A DNA stretch of 63,698 nucleotides, filler included, from a bacterium (GTDB lineage: Bacteria > JAJRZV01), in NCBI GenBank assembly GCA_024275095.1. It is 4 parts of 4 records of this genome, joined end to end, with 100 filler letters (N's around TTAATTAATTAA, not from the genome) between each part and the next. Parts side by side here need not be neighbours in the genome. Positions count along the whole stretch, not along the records: positions 46,741 to 61,726 come from JAJRZV010000087.1; 3 more parts are not named here. The stretch is one strand, 5' to 3'. The notes beneath the pieces are model-generated. The model did not search any database and had not been told where the DNA came from. It was given only the letters and a program-made list of their open reading frames with translations. Positions 51,501 to 59,603 of the stretch are shown piece after piece. Position 1 is the first letter of the stretch, and each line of letters begins with the position of its first letter. Both the position numbers and the translations under genes were made by a program.

Positions 51501-52169
51501 GTTTCGCAATGGCAGAAGGGCGGACTCTTTGTGCATTACATTGGCCATGGTTCTACGCTCTTCTGGGGAGCGGACATGTTCTTTTCAACCGATGATCTTT
51601 TCACCTTCAACACAACGCGTCCTGTGGTGTTCGCTCCTCTTACGTGCCTGAATGCGTTTTATACAGACCCCGTAAATGTGGTCATTGCCGAAGGGGCATT
51701 GCTGTCGGGTAATGCTGTGGCCGCCTGGGCTTCCACAGGGTCGACCACTTTACCCACGCAGAGGAAACTGTTTGAGGTCTTTTACGATGCTGTTTTCAGA
51801 AAAGGGATTTACCGGATAGGACAGGCGGCTGTGTATGCAAAAACGTTCATGGAAAGAACAGGAGATTGGAAGGACGTGATTGTCACCTGGACACTTCTTG
51901 GAGACCCGGCACTCAAGGTGAAGGTTCGCGCAGTGGAGGTGCTGGAAGGAAATGTCAAATCCTGGCCTCCACCGATCGAATTTCCAGAAGACACGGCCGG
52001 GAAAGAATACGAGCCTGGAGGCGGGATACATATACCCGTTATAGATAAGGCAAAAGGCAGCTCGTGTAATTACAGCGGGACATCAGGAGGACCTTGCTGG
52101 CTTCTGATGCTCTTTTTTGCGTGTTACCTCATGTTTCGTGTTCTCACAAGAAGATGGACAATGCGATGA
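48567..52169 (+). CDS. C25 family (gingipain-like) cysteine peptidase, secreted, with C-terminal sorting signal
   Basis: Signal peptide; propeptide-like region; DYLIITP, IYDTF, LFVGD, PDIAFGRLP, HYIGHGS, LTCLN, LLGDPAL; C-terminal GSSC-linker-TM-RR. Confidence 0.88.
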   Translation: MMKKRFILGLGIILLGTAGASFRAAAQAPLFNWGESGCEIQDEYGNPLTNQLILLIGVGANGVIDPPDADGVGGDDVLLAVVSGDANPNYINPLEVVPGVCSQQFSYDSEFSNLANGDVIYLRAYNGTTIANSTYYGNSPTDVVDLSIGFDATPDGPWQTNIINPYYTSVVLAYFKARPAAGGVLLKWATGSETANIGFQIYRSRSADGPYEELANGFVPSQAIEPAGAFYTFFDWTAEPGVTYYYVLQDVPAEGMPVEYGPVSAQALLSAEPRVLEWEEDESIFVEVELQGFNVGYSPQGHVIEIPTFSPAEIPGQYLLPIRQFDYGVPPQGNIRVELVDADTVDVYGVYMEPYYPLQLTDPTLGSYPIPVSEPPATPVSLSSVDFLRDQRIAHVLVYPVRYIPEENRAVVYLRVRFRITWSGTGKENLDKGYEWVLRGLDNYLESRRLRVARRTSAVVSLPEALRVRTDERTLYRIPEAVLADTFSSSASSFVLKGLSGEKAHINSGGYLVFLGGAGDGFYTPVSAFLIYPGTSTRTAGAFDAAPSGASVSSEVECEREQGEPLRYIASMSHHPPEEKWIWKRAFGGGSVDLPFALGGYTSGDVSFHIHLINSTDVDASVEFVYNGSVLAGSYTDISPHSDLMFTVTIPQALLVGTEGSLTMNVLSGTQVLVKGMRAVYSCSTTFYTPFPFRVTSEGDYSFSTTGEGPYLIFKLSNNDINEVAYNVEVTGTYTLTAHLLPGDYIVAGVPNIPDVLEIKPASYISDPAGTVDYLIITPQRFASALNPLIQLRTNEGMNVRVFSAQQIYDTFAAGNTTPAAIKEFLAYAYNNWGQPSFVLFVGDTSYDCLGVYARTWGDTGEDRCVLPSLFVNTNYYNLSVPSDNALVSIAGNDSVPDIAFGRLPVKDVSELRDMVQRIVDYENDTADESYYRLLFFADKSGDFLETAKAMIDSVPEGYPHVLSWEGELSSDQMRAGIVSQWQKGGLFVHYIGHGSTLFWGADMFFSTDDLFTFNTTRPVVFAPLTCLNAFYTDPVNVVIAEGALLSGNAVAAWASTGSTTLPTQRKLFEVFYDAVFRKGIYRIGQAAVYAKTFMERTGDWKDVIVTWTLLGDPALKVKVRAVEVLEGNVKSWPPPIEFPEDTAGKEYEPGGGIHIPVIDKAKGSSCNYSGTSGGPCWLLMLFFACYLMFRVLTRRWTMR

Positions 52170-52348
52170 TGAAGGAGCGGAAGAAGAGGGGAAAAAAGAA
52201 TAGCGGGGGGAGGGTTAAGCGGTCGAAAAGGAGAAAGTTTTCTCCGCCCCGAATTCTCGAAGAAATGGTGATAGAGGCACGAGCTGGAGTGTGCAACTCT
52301 CCGCCCACTTTCGGCAAGGACGCAACCTGCGATAACCTTTTCAGTTGA
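52166..52348 (+). CDS. putative RiPP precursor peptide (60 aa)
   Basis: MMKERKKRGKKNSGGRVKRSKRRKFSPPRILEEMVIEARAGVCNSPPTFGKDATCDNLFS; ATGA overlap with C25 stop and TTGA overlap with rSAM start. Confidence 0.7.
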   Translation: MMKERKKRGKKNSGGRVKRSKRRKFSPPRILEEMVIEARAGVCNSPPTFGKDATCDNLFS

Positions 52349-53340
52349 GTTCAGAATATTCACACAGTGATGTGTTTAAAGGTATTACGAACGTCCTGGT
52401 GGAAGTCACAGAGAACTGTCCTCTTGACTGTCGCCATTGCTACCTGAAAGCCCGCAGGCGCAGGAAACACCATCTTCCGGTGAAGACATTCGCATCTTTT
52501 ATTCAGATACTCCGCGACCACGGCGGCCTGTTTTTGACGCTGACAGGCGGAGAGCCTCTTCTGCATCCTCACGTGGATGACTTGCTGAAAATAGCCGCAG
52601 ATGAGGGGTATGTGATAAGAATTTATTCCAGCCTTCAGAATGTGTCGGAATCTCTTTTTGAACTGATTTCCGCCTTTCCTGTCATGGAAATAGAGACAAG
52701 TCTTTGCGGAGCCTCTGATGATGAACATGACAGCGTTACCGGCGTGAAAGGGAGCTTCTACCGTACCGTTGAGGCCATAAAGCGTTTGCGGAAAGAGGGT
52801 GTGAAAGTAAACATTAAGATGATAATTACGCGGGAGAATTTTTCTCAAATCGCTTTGGTAAAACGCCTGGCCCGGGAACTGGATGTGAATTTTTTTGCGA
52901 GCCCTGTCATTCTTCCGTGTGGTGGAGATTTCCGAATCCCCGAAAAGTTCCTTACAAAGAGGCAGTTGAAAGAACTCTTCGAAACTCACGCAGATGTCGC
53001 TGGTGGTGTTTCACCCCGTCGCGTTGTTTTCCCTTTGTGTAATATCGAAAAAGGAATATTCCTGTCTTCCCGCGGAGAAGTACGCCGGTGCATGGAACAT
53101 CCGGAAATCCTTGGGCATCTTCCAGAAGATGATTTAAAAGCAGTTCTTGAGAGCTCACGTTTTCGTGAAGCAGCGAATATCGCCCGGGAGCCCCCGATAG
53201 CAGAGTGTAAAGAATGCGCCTTTATTCAGTGGTGCAGGCCCTGCCCGGCCCTTTTGAAAAATGATACTGTCAAGAAGTTGATGATAGAGCAATTCTGCCG
53301 CATAGCACACGTGAGATATGATATAACATCCAGAACCTGA
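52345..53340 (+). CDS. radical SAM/SPASM domain peptide maturase
   Basis: CPLDCRHC, LTGGEPLL, HDSVTGVKGSF; SPASM Cys pattern LCN...GEVRRC...CKECAFIQWCRPCP...FC. Confidence 0.9.
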   Translation: MSSEYSHSDVFKGITNVLVEVTENCPLDCRHCYLKARRRRKHHLPVKTFASFIQILRDHGGLFLTLTGGEPLLHPHVDDLLKIAADEGYVIRIYSSLQNVSESLFELISAFPVMEIETSLCGASDDEHDSVTGVKGSFYRTVEAIKRLRKEGVKVNIKMIITRENFSQIALVKRLARELDVNFFASPVILPCGGDFRIPEKFLTKRQLKELFETHADVAGGVSPRRVVFPLCNIEKGIFLSSRGEVRRCMEHPEILGHLPEDDLKAVLESSRFREAANIAREPPIAECKECAFIQWCRPCPALLKNDTVKKLMIEQFCRIAHVRYDITSRT

Positions 53341-53355
53341 TAGTGGAGAGGCGCA

Positions 53356-54105
53356 GTGTATCGTTTCTTTCTTCTCGTATCTGATTATATTCGCCTGGCC
53401 GCTTTAAGCTTTCGGTATGCTTTCAGAAGACCCTGGTACGGCTCAGAAATTATCAAGGAAATGGATAAGATGGGCACTTATTCATTACCCATCGCAGCCA
53501 TTACAGGCTTTTTCACGGGGCTCGTGCTTGCACTTCAAACAGCCAGGAGTCTGGAAGCGTTTGGTATCAAAACGTACATCGGTCAGGTTCTGGCAATTAC
53601 GGTGGTCAGGGAATTGGGACCGGTGATTGGTTCTTTGATGATTGCCGGCAGGGTGGCATCGGGCATCGCTGCGGAAGTGGGAGCGATGGTTGTTGGTGAA
53701 CAGATTGATGCGTTGAGGGTGATGGGTGTCAACATTATTAAAAGGGTTGTCATTCCCAGGGTGGTGGCCGGTGTGGTGATGCTGCCTGTGCTGATCGTTC
53801 TTGTAGATGTAACGGCCCTTATGGGCGGTGCTGTCGTTTCTACGTTCGTTTTGCGATTTCCTTCGTCTTTTTACTGGTCGTCAGTTTTGCAGATACTCAC
53901 TTATCACGACCTTATTATGGGATTTACCAAACCTGTTGTATTTGGATATATCATCGCATCCTATTCCACGTTTGCTGGTTTGAGGTCCTCAGGGGGGACG
54001 GAAGGAGTGGGGAGAGCCACAACCTCTGCGGTGGTTACATCTTCAATACTTATCATTCTCGCTGATTTTATTCTTACCAAAATTTACTTTCTCGTGCTGT
54101 GGTGA
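53356..54105 (+). CDS. mlaE: MlaE family ABC permease
   Basis: RELGPV, AGRVASGIAAEVGAM, EQIDAL, GVGRATT. Confidence 0.92.
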   Translation: MYRFFLLVSDYIRLAALSFRYAFRRPWYGSEIIKEMDKMGTYSLPIAAITGFFTGLVLALQTARSLEAFGIKTYIGQVLAITVVRELGPVIGSLMIAGRVASGIAAEVGAMVVGEQIDALRVMGVNIIKRVVIPRVVAGVVMLPVLIVLVDVTALMGGAVVSTFVLRFPSSFYWSSVLQILTYHDLIMGFTKPVVFGYIIASYSTFAGLRSSGGTEGVGRATTSAVVTSSILIILADFILTKIYFLVLW

Positions 54106-54115
54106 GGGTTGTAGA

Positions 54116-54874
54116 GTGGCGGATGAACTGATCAGATTTCAGAGTGTTTCGAAATACTACGATGATATTCCTGTGTTGAGGCATGTCTCCTTTAACCTTA
54201 AAAAGGGGGAACAACTTGCTATCATAGGAGGTAGTGGTAGCGGGAAGACCACGATCTTAAAAATTATACTGGGATTAATTGTCCCTGAAGAAGGGGAGGT
54301 CTTTCTGTACGGAAAGCCTGTTCGAGCATTGAGAGAGGATGAACTCAATCGTCTCAGGAGCCGAATGGGCATGGTGTTTCAATCAGGAGCGCTCTTTGAT
54401 TCTCTCACGGTGTGGGATAACGTTGCCATGCCGCTTCTGGAGGAGATAGAGAGGGTGCGCAAGATTACGGAAGAAGATATAGAGGAAATTGATGCGAGAG
54501 TGAGAGAAATGCTGGGCCTTCTTGACCTCAAGGGTGTAGAGCAAATGTTGCCTTCGGAACTGAGCGGAGGCATGATGCGCCGGGTTGCAGTCGCCAGAGC
54601 TCTGATTAAACAGCCAGAGCTCATTCTTTATGATGAGCCGACCGTGGGACTGGACCCTATCACCGCTGATAGAGTTACACGCTACATTGAGAGCCTTCAA
54701 CAGCGACTTCATGTATCCTCTATCGTGGTCACTCATGATCTCCGTTTCGCAATGCGCGTGACCAGCCGTATAATTATGCTGGTGAAAGGTCGAGTCGTGT
54801 TTGATGGTTCGAAGGAGGAGTTCCTCAAAAGCACGCAGGATCATGTCGTGCTTTTCAGGGAGGCGGGATTGTGA
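54116..54874 (+). CDS. mlaF: MlaF family ABC ATPase
   Basis: GGSGSGKT, FQSGALFDSLTV, LSGGM, YDEPTVGLDP. Confidence 0.92.
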   Translation: MADELIRFQSVSKYYDDIPVLRHVSFNLKKGEQLAIIGGSGSGKTTILKIILGLIVPEEGEVFLYGKPVRALREDELNRLRSRMGMVFQSGALFDSLTVWDNVAMPLLEEIERVRKITEEDIEEIDARVREMLGLLDLKGVEQMLPSELSGGMMRRVAVARALIKQPELILYDEPTVGLDPITADRVTRYIESLQQRLHVSSIVVTHDLRFAMRVTSRIIMLVKGRVVFDGSKEEFLKSTQDHVVLFREAGL

Positions 54875-55752
54875 AGGTGAGCAGATGGAAAAAGATCCGC
54901 GTGGGAGTGCTTGTAACCCTGGCTTCGATAATTGTTCTGGTATTTATCATGTTGATAGACGAGAGAGGGGGGATTTTTGCATCCTACAGCCGGGTGAAGG
55001 CTTATTTTAAAACGGTTTCCGGGTTGCGTGTGGGAGCCATCGTGTACCTTCTGGGTGTGGACGTGGGCGAGGTCAACCGTATCTTTTATGAAGGTGAAGG
55101 CGTTGTGGTGGAAATGGACATTTTATCGAAGGTGCTTGACAGGATTCCTTCCGACTCAGTGGCACTTATAAAAACGCAGGGCCTTCTCGGCGATAAAATG
55201 ATTGAGATTCGACCAGGCACCTCTTCCACTCCGATACAGGAAGGGGGGGTGCTGCGGGGTGAGTCAGAGGGAGAGATATACGAAAACGTCGCCCGGGCAG
55301 GTGTGGTGGTCCGCAAAGCGGCACGGATTGTTGAGGAACTGGAAGAAATTCTTAGAGAGATAAGGTTGGGCAAGGGCTCTATCGGGAAATTCTTCAAGGA
55401 TGATACGCTTTACGAAAACGTGAATAAAACAGCCTCCAATCTCAACATGCTTGTTGTGCATCTTTCCAAAACCAGTGAGCGCCTTCAGGAATTTATAGAC
55501 TCGGTTAACGAACAACTGGTGCAAAAGGGCACGTTTAAAAAACTTTCTGATACTGCAGCGCAGTTGAATCTTGCCGTTTCGGATTTGAGGTCCATCATTC
55601 TTTCGTTGAAGGAAGGGAGGGGTACGGCGGGAAAAGTGATCAAAGATGAAGAGTTTTACAATTCTCTTACGTCGGTGGTGAAGGAACTGAAAATTCTCAT
55701 TAACGACATTAAGGAAAATCCTTCTCGATACATGAGCATAAAGATCTTTTGA
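54871..55752 (+). CDS. mlaD: MlaD/MCE family protein
   Basis: TM helix, SGLRVGA, GVDVGEV, TQGLLGDK, GKGSIGK, IKENPSRY. Confidence 0.9.
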   Translation: MKVSRWKKIRVGVLVTLASIIVLVFIMLIDERGGIFASYSRVKAYFKTVSGLRVGAIVYLLGVDVGEVNRIFYEGEGVVVEMDILSKVLDRIPSDSVALIKTQGLLGDKMIEIRPGTSSTPIQEGGVLRGESEGEIYENVARAGVVVRKAARIVEELEEILREIRLGKGSIGKFFKDDTLYENVNKTASNLNMLVVHLSKTSERLQEFIDSVNEQLVQKGTFKKLSDTAAQLNLAVSDLRSIILSLKEGRGTAGKVIKDEEFYNSLTSVVKELKILINDIKENPSRYMSIKIF

Positions 55753-55753
55753 G

Positions 55754-57133
55754 ATGGTTGATATGAAGCGTGCATTGTTGAGTGTGACCTGGATTGTTCT
55801 GGTTGTATTTGCTACAGGATGCTCTCGAAAGGTGAAAATTGTGGAATTCGTTGATTATCAATGCCCCTCGTGCAAGAGAGCGGCTGTTCACATTAAAAAA
55901 TTAAAAAAAGAGTTTGGCAGAAAACTTGTCGTTGAGGTTAAAAATTTACCGGTTAAACATTTGCATCCCTACGCTGTCATCGCGGCGAAAGCTGCTGAGT
56001 GTGCACGCAAACAGCACAAGTTCTGGCCCATGTATTTCAAGCTGTTTGAAAAGTCCCCTGTTCTTTCCAGAGAGGACATTCTCAGTTATGCGGTGGAGCT
56101 GGACCTGAATATAGATAGGTTTATTCCATGTCTTGACAGCAGAGAAACAAGCAGGATTGTTCAGGAGCACCTTACAGAGGCAAGAAAGCTCAAGCTCACG
56201 GGAACACCCTCTTTTGTCATAGAGGGAGAGGTGCTTACAGGAGTGCCTTCATATGAGACGTTAAGGACGATTGTGAAAAGACTTATCAGTGGCCACCGCT
56301 TTAAGCATTCAACCGTAAAAATCACGGTGGTTAACGATGAAAAATGCCCTACCTGCGGAACAACCCGATATGTTGCGGAGCTGAAAAAGATTTTCTTTAA
56401 CAATGAAGTAAGAACGCTGAGCGTATACTCCCCGGAGGGGAAAAAATTAAAGAAGGACTACGGCATTCAATGGCTTCCGGGAATAGTCATTACCGGAGAG
56501 CCGGAAGAATATGCAAACTTCTATGTGATGTATCCACTGCGTCTTGTGAAGGTTAAGGGAGCATATGTGGTAAACCCTGCTTTTTATCAAATTGGCTATT
56601 CAGACGAAATACCGTCTCAGGATCCGTTGATGACGTATGGTTCACCGGGGAAGGCGCTTGTCAGGATGGTTCCCTATACATCGTTTGGACCGGGATGTAG
56701 AGGGTGTGCAGAGGCTGCCAAGTACATTCAATCCATTGTGGAGCAGTTCCAGGGCAGGGTTTCCGTAACTTATAAATTCCTCGTCATCAATAACGATGAT
56801 CCTGCTTATGAGGCGGCGCTGGCAGTATTGTGTGCGGCAGAGCAGGGGGGCATGGCAAGAATGATGAAAATAATTTACACACGCGGGTTTACACGTGATT
56901 ACAGGGCCTTTGCTCAGGCCGCCGGAGTTAAAAACCTCAGAAAGTTTACAGAATGTATTTCCGAGCGTCGTTATAAGAACAAAATTGCAGAAGCTGTGCG
57001 TGAAGCGGTAAGACTGTGGGTGCCGTTTGCCCCCTATACCTTCATAGATCACTACCGCTTCCCGGATATACCTAATCCCAAATGGTTGAAAGGTCTTCTG
57101 TCAGACCTGGTCGCTCTGGCTGCGCGGCGCTGA
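55754..57133 (+). CDS. multi-thioredoxin-domain (DsbA-like) lipoprotein
   Basis: Lipobox FATGC; EFVDYQCPSC...GTPSF; further CPTC and CRGC motifs. Confidence 0.8.
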   Translation: MVDMKRALLSVTWIVLVVFATGCSRKVKIVEFVDYQCPSCKRAAVHIKKLKKEFGRKLVVEVKNLPVKHLHPYAVIAAKAAECARKQHKFWPMYFKLFEKSPVLSREDILSYAVELDLNIDRFIPCLDSRETSRIVQEHLTEARKLKLTGTPSFVIEGEVLTGVPSYETLRTIVKRLISGHRFKHSTVKITVVNDEKCPTCGTTRYVAELKKIFFNNEVRTLSVYSPEGKKLKKDYGIQWLPGIVITGEPEEYANFYVMYPLRLVKVKGAYVVNPAFYQIGYSDEIPSQDPLMTYGSPGKALVRMVPYTSFGPGCRGCAEAAKYIQSIVEQFQGRVSVTYKFLVINNDDPAYEAALAVLCAAEQGGMARMMKIIYTRGFTRDYRAFAQAAGVKNLRKFTECISERRYKNKIAEAVREAVRLWVPFAPYTFIDHYRFPDIPNPKWLKGLLSDLVALAARR

Positions 57134-58683
57134 AGAGGGTACTGAACCTTCTGGCAGTTGCTGCAGTTGCTGCGTGTGGAAGCGCCTGCGAAACAACACC
57201 CCATGAGCAGGTTTTGCGCTTACCCATCGCCAGTGAACCACCTACCCTTGACTGGAATGTTGCCACTGACAATGTCAGTTTACGCGTTCTCACCCAGATT
57301 ATGGAAGGTCTCACCTTTATTGATGCTCATGGCCAGGTGCGCCCGGCTCTTGCTGAAAGATGGGTTTACCAACCTGAAGTCCCTTCCTATATTTTCGTTT
57401 TGAAGAAGGGGGTTGTCTGGTCTGACGGAGTCCCTCTCACAAGTGCTCATTTCGTGGAATCCATTAAACGCCTTTTAAGTCCTGAAACAGGCTCGCAATA
57501 CGCGTACTTTGTTTTCGATATAAACGGGGCCAGGTGTTTCAACGAAGGCAGGTGTCCCTGGTCTCAAGTGGGTGTTAAGGCTCTGGATAAAAGAACTGTT
57601 CAGTTCATTTTAGAAAAACCGGCGGTTTATTTCCCCTACATTGTATCTTTCATGGTGACCTATCCCATAAGACCAGATGTTTTGGAGGCTCGCGGGGAAA
57701 AAGCATTTGAACCTCCTTTTCCTGTGGTAGGCCCCTATGTGCCCCTCGAATGGCGTCACCATTATAAAATCGTGCTTGCAACCAACCCGCGGTACCACGG
57801 CCGAAAGCCGTTTGTTCCTCGTGTTGAAATGTATGTGGTGGAAGAGCCTCTTACAGCACTTCTCCTTTTTGAGACAGGCGACCTTGACATGGCACCACTT
57901 TTTCCACTGGCTTACAGGCGTTACAGAACTGATCCACGATTTCGTGATGTTACGGTGTTTAGAGGCTATTACTACGGTTTTCATATTACTCAGGAGCCTG
58001 TGAACCACGTGGAGCTGAGACGCGCCCTTGCCATGGCAATAAATAGAGAAGCTGTGGCTGAGGCACTGAGAGGCATTGCCACTCCTGCTTCTTCGTGGAT
58101 ACCCCCTGGAATGTCTGGATACAATCCCCGGGTTGGACTCAGGTTTGATCCTGAGGAAGCGAGAAAATGGCTTGAAAAATATTACAAAGAGACGGGCCGG
58201 AACTCTGTCGAACTTACCATTTACTTCAACGCGTCGCCAGAGAACCAGGTGGTGGCAGAGAATGTACAGGAGCAGTGGAAGAAAAATCTAAATATCAATG
58301 TAAATCTTGAAATGATGGAGTGGAATGCGTACCTTCAGATGCTTGATGAGAATCCACCTGCTGTTTTTCGGCTGGGCTGGGGAGCCGATTTCCCGGACCC
58401 GCATAATTTTATGGAAATTTTTACCTCCTGGAGCGGTAATAATCACACTGGATGGCACTCGTCTCTTTATGACAGGCTGATCATAGAAGCATCGCAGGAG
58501 AGAGATTCAAAGCGCCGTTTTGAACTCTATACCAGGGCTCAGCCACTTCTGCTTGAAGAGGATGTGGTGATTGTTCCCTTGTTTTTTTCACGGGCCACTT
58601 ATCTTACGAACCCGCATTTTCGGAACCTGGAAATCACCCCGATGGATATTCTCTATGTCAAAGATGTAGTACCGGAGGATTAA
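57130..58683 (+). CDS. oppA: peptide ABC transporter substrate-binding protein (start uncertain)
   Basis: EPPTLD, EGL, PALAERW, WSDGVPLT, GWGADFPDP, NNHTGW. Confidence 0.88.
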   Translation: MKRVLNLLAVAAVAACGSACETTPHEQVLRLPIASEPPTLDWNVATDNVSLRVLTQIMEGLTFIDAHGQVRPALAERWVYQPEVPSYIFVLKKGVVWSDGVPLTSAHFVESIKRLLSPETGSQYAYFVFDINGARCFNEGRCPWSQVGVKALDKRTVQFILEKPAVYFPYIVSFMVTYPIRPDVLEARGEKAFEPPFPVVGPYVPLEWRHHYKIVLATNPRYHGRKPFVPRVEMYVVEEPLTALLLFETGDLDMAPLFPLAYRRYRTDPRFRDVTVFRGYYYGFHITQEPVNHVELRRALAMAINREAVAEALRGIATPASSWIPPGMSGYNPRVGLRFDPEEARKWLEKYYKETGRNSVELTIYFNASPENQVVAENVQEQWKKNLNINVNLEMMEWNAYLQMLDENPPAVFRLGWGADFPDPHNFMEIFTSWSGNNHTGWHSSLYDRLIIEASQERDSKRRFELYTRAQPLLLEEDVVIVPLFFSRATYLTNPHFRNLEITPMDILYVKDVVPED

Positions 58684-59603
58684 TGCTCAGGCGGTTGTTT
58701 AACAGACTTGTTCTCGGGATTTTTATTGTATTTGCTGTGGAGAGTGCCACGTTTGTGCTCATGCACGCGGTTCCCGGGGGTCCGTTCTATTCCGAAAAAG
58801 CTCTTCCTGAACAGGTAAGGCAAAACATCATGGAGAAGTACGGACTTGACCAGCCTTTATACGCGCAGTATCTGCGTTATCTTTCCATGACGATGCGTTT
58901 TGATTTTGGGCCCTCTCTGAAGTATCGAAGCCGATCAGTACGCGACATTATCGCGTCCAGTTTTCCCACATCACTGGCTCTGGGGGGAATGGCTCTTTTA
59001 CTCGCGGTTGTTATCGGGCTTCCCCTTGGTACCATTGCCTCTCTCTATCGTGGAAGAGCCGCAGGCCGTGCGGCAGATACGGCCGCTGCTTATGGTATCT
59101 CTTTGCCCAGTTTTATTATTGCTATCGTTCTCATCTACGTTGTCTCCTATCTGGCTCGTTTGCTGCCTCCTGCCCTGTGGGAGTCACCTTTTCATGTTGT
59201 GCTTCCTGTTCTTTCTCTTGCCATACCAACCTCTTCTGTGATTGCACGGCTGGTAAAAGAAGGTGTTGTAGAAAATCTGGGCAGATCGTTTTTGGTGGCA
59301 GCACGTGCAAGGGGTGCTGCAGGAATGCGATTTGTTTTGCACGTGTTACGTCCATCAATGGCTTCGCTTCTCGGAATTTTCGGGCCCATCATCGCAATGC
59401 TTATCACCGGTTCATTCGTGGTTGAACAGGTTTTCGCCATTCCGGGACTGGGACGCTATTTCGTTCTCAGTGTGATGAACAGGGATTATCCACTGATAAT
59501 GGGTGTCACAGTATTTTACTGTGTGGTACTTGTTGCAGCCAATATTGTCTCGGATATATTTTTCTCGTTTCTTGACCCTCGCTCGAGAGAGCAGGCCTTA
59601 TGA
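58683..59603 (+). CDS. oppB: peptide ABC transporter permease
   Basis: PGGPF, YGLDQP, DFGPS, ARARG, GSFVVEQVFAIPGLG, RDYP. Confidence 0.9.
   Translation: MLRRLFNRLVLGIFIVFAVESATFVLMHAVPGGPFYSEKALPEQVRQNIMEKYGLDQPLYAQYLRYLSMTMRFDFGPSLKYRSRSVRDIIASSFPTSLALGGMALLLAVVIGLPLGTIASLYRGRAAGRAADTAAAYGISLPSFIIAIVLIYVVSYLARLLPPALWESPFHVVLPVLSLAIPTSSVIARLVKEGVVENLGRSFLVAARARGAAGMRFVLHVLRPSMASLLGIFGPIIAMLITGSFVVEQVFAIPGLGRYFVLSVMNRDYPLIMGVTVFYCVVLVAANIVSDIFFSFLDPRSREQAL

Noticed and set aside
52094-52165. 84-aa version of the peptide ORF
   Set aside because: The extension overlaps the C25 sorting signal; the ATGA-coupled start at 52166 is more plausible.
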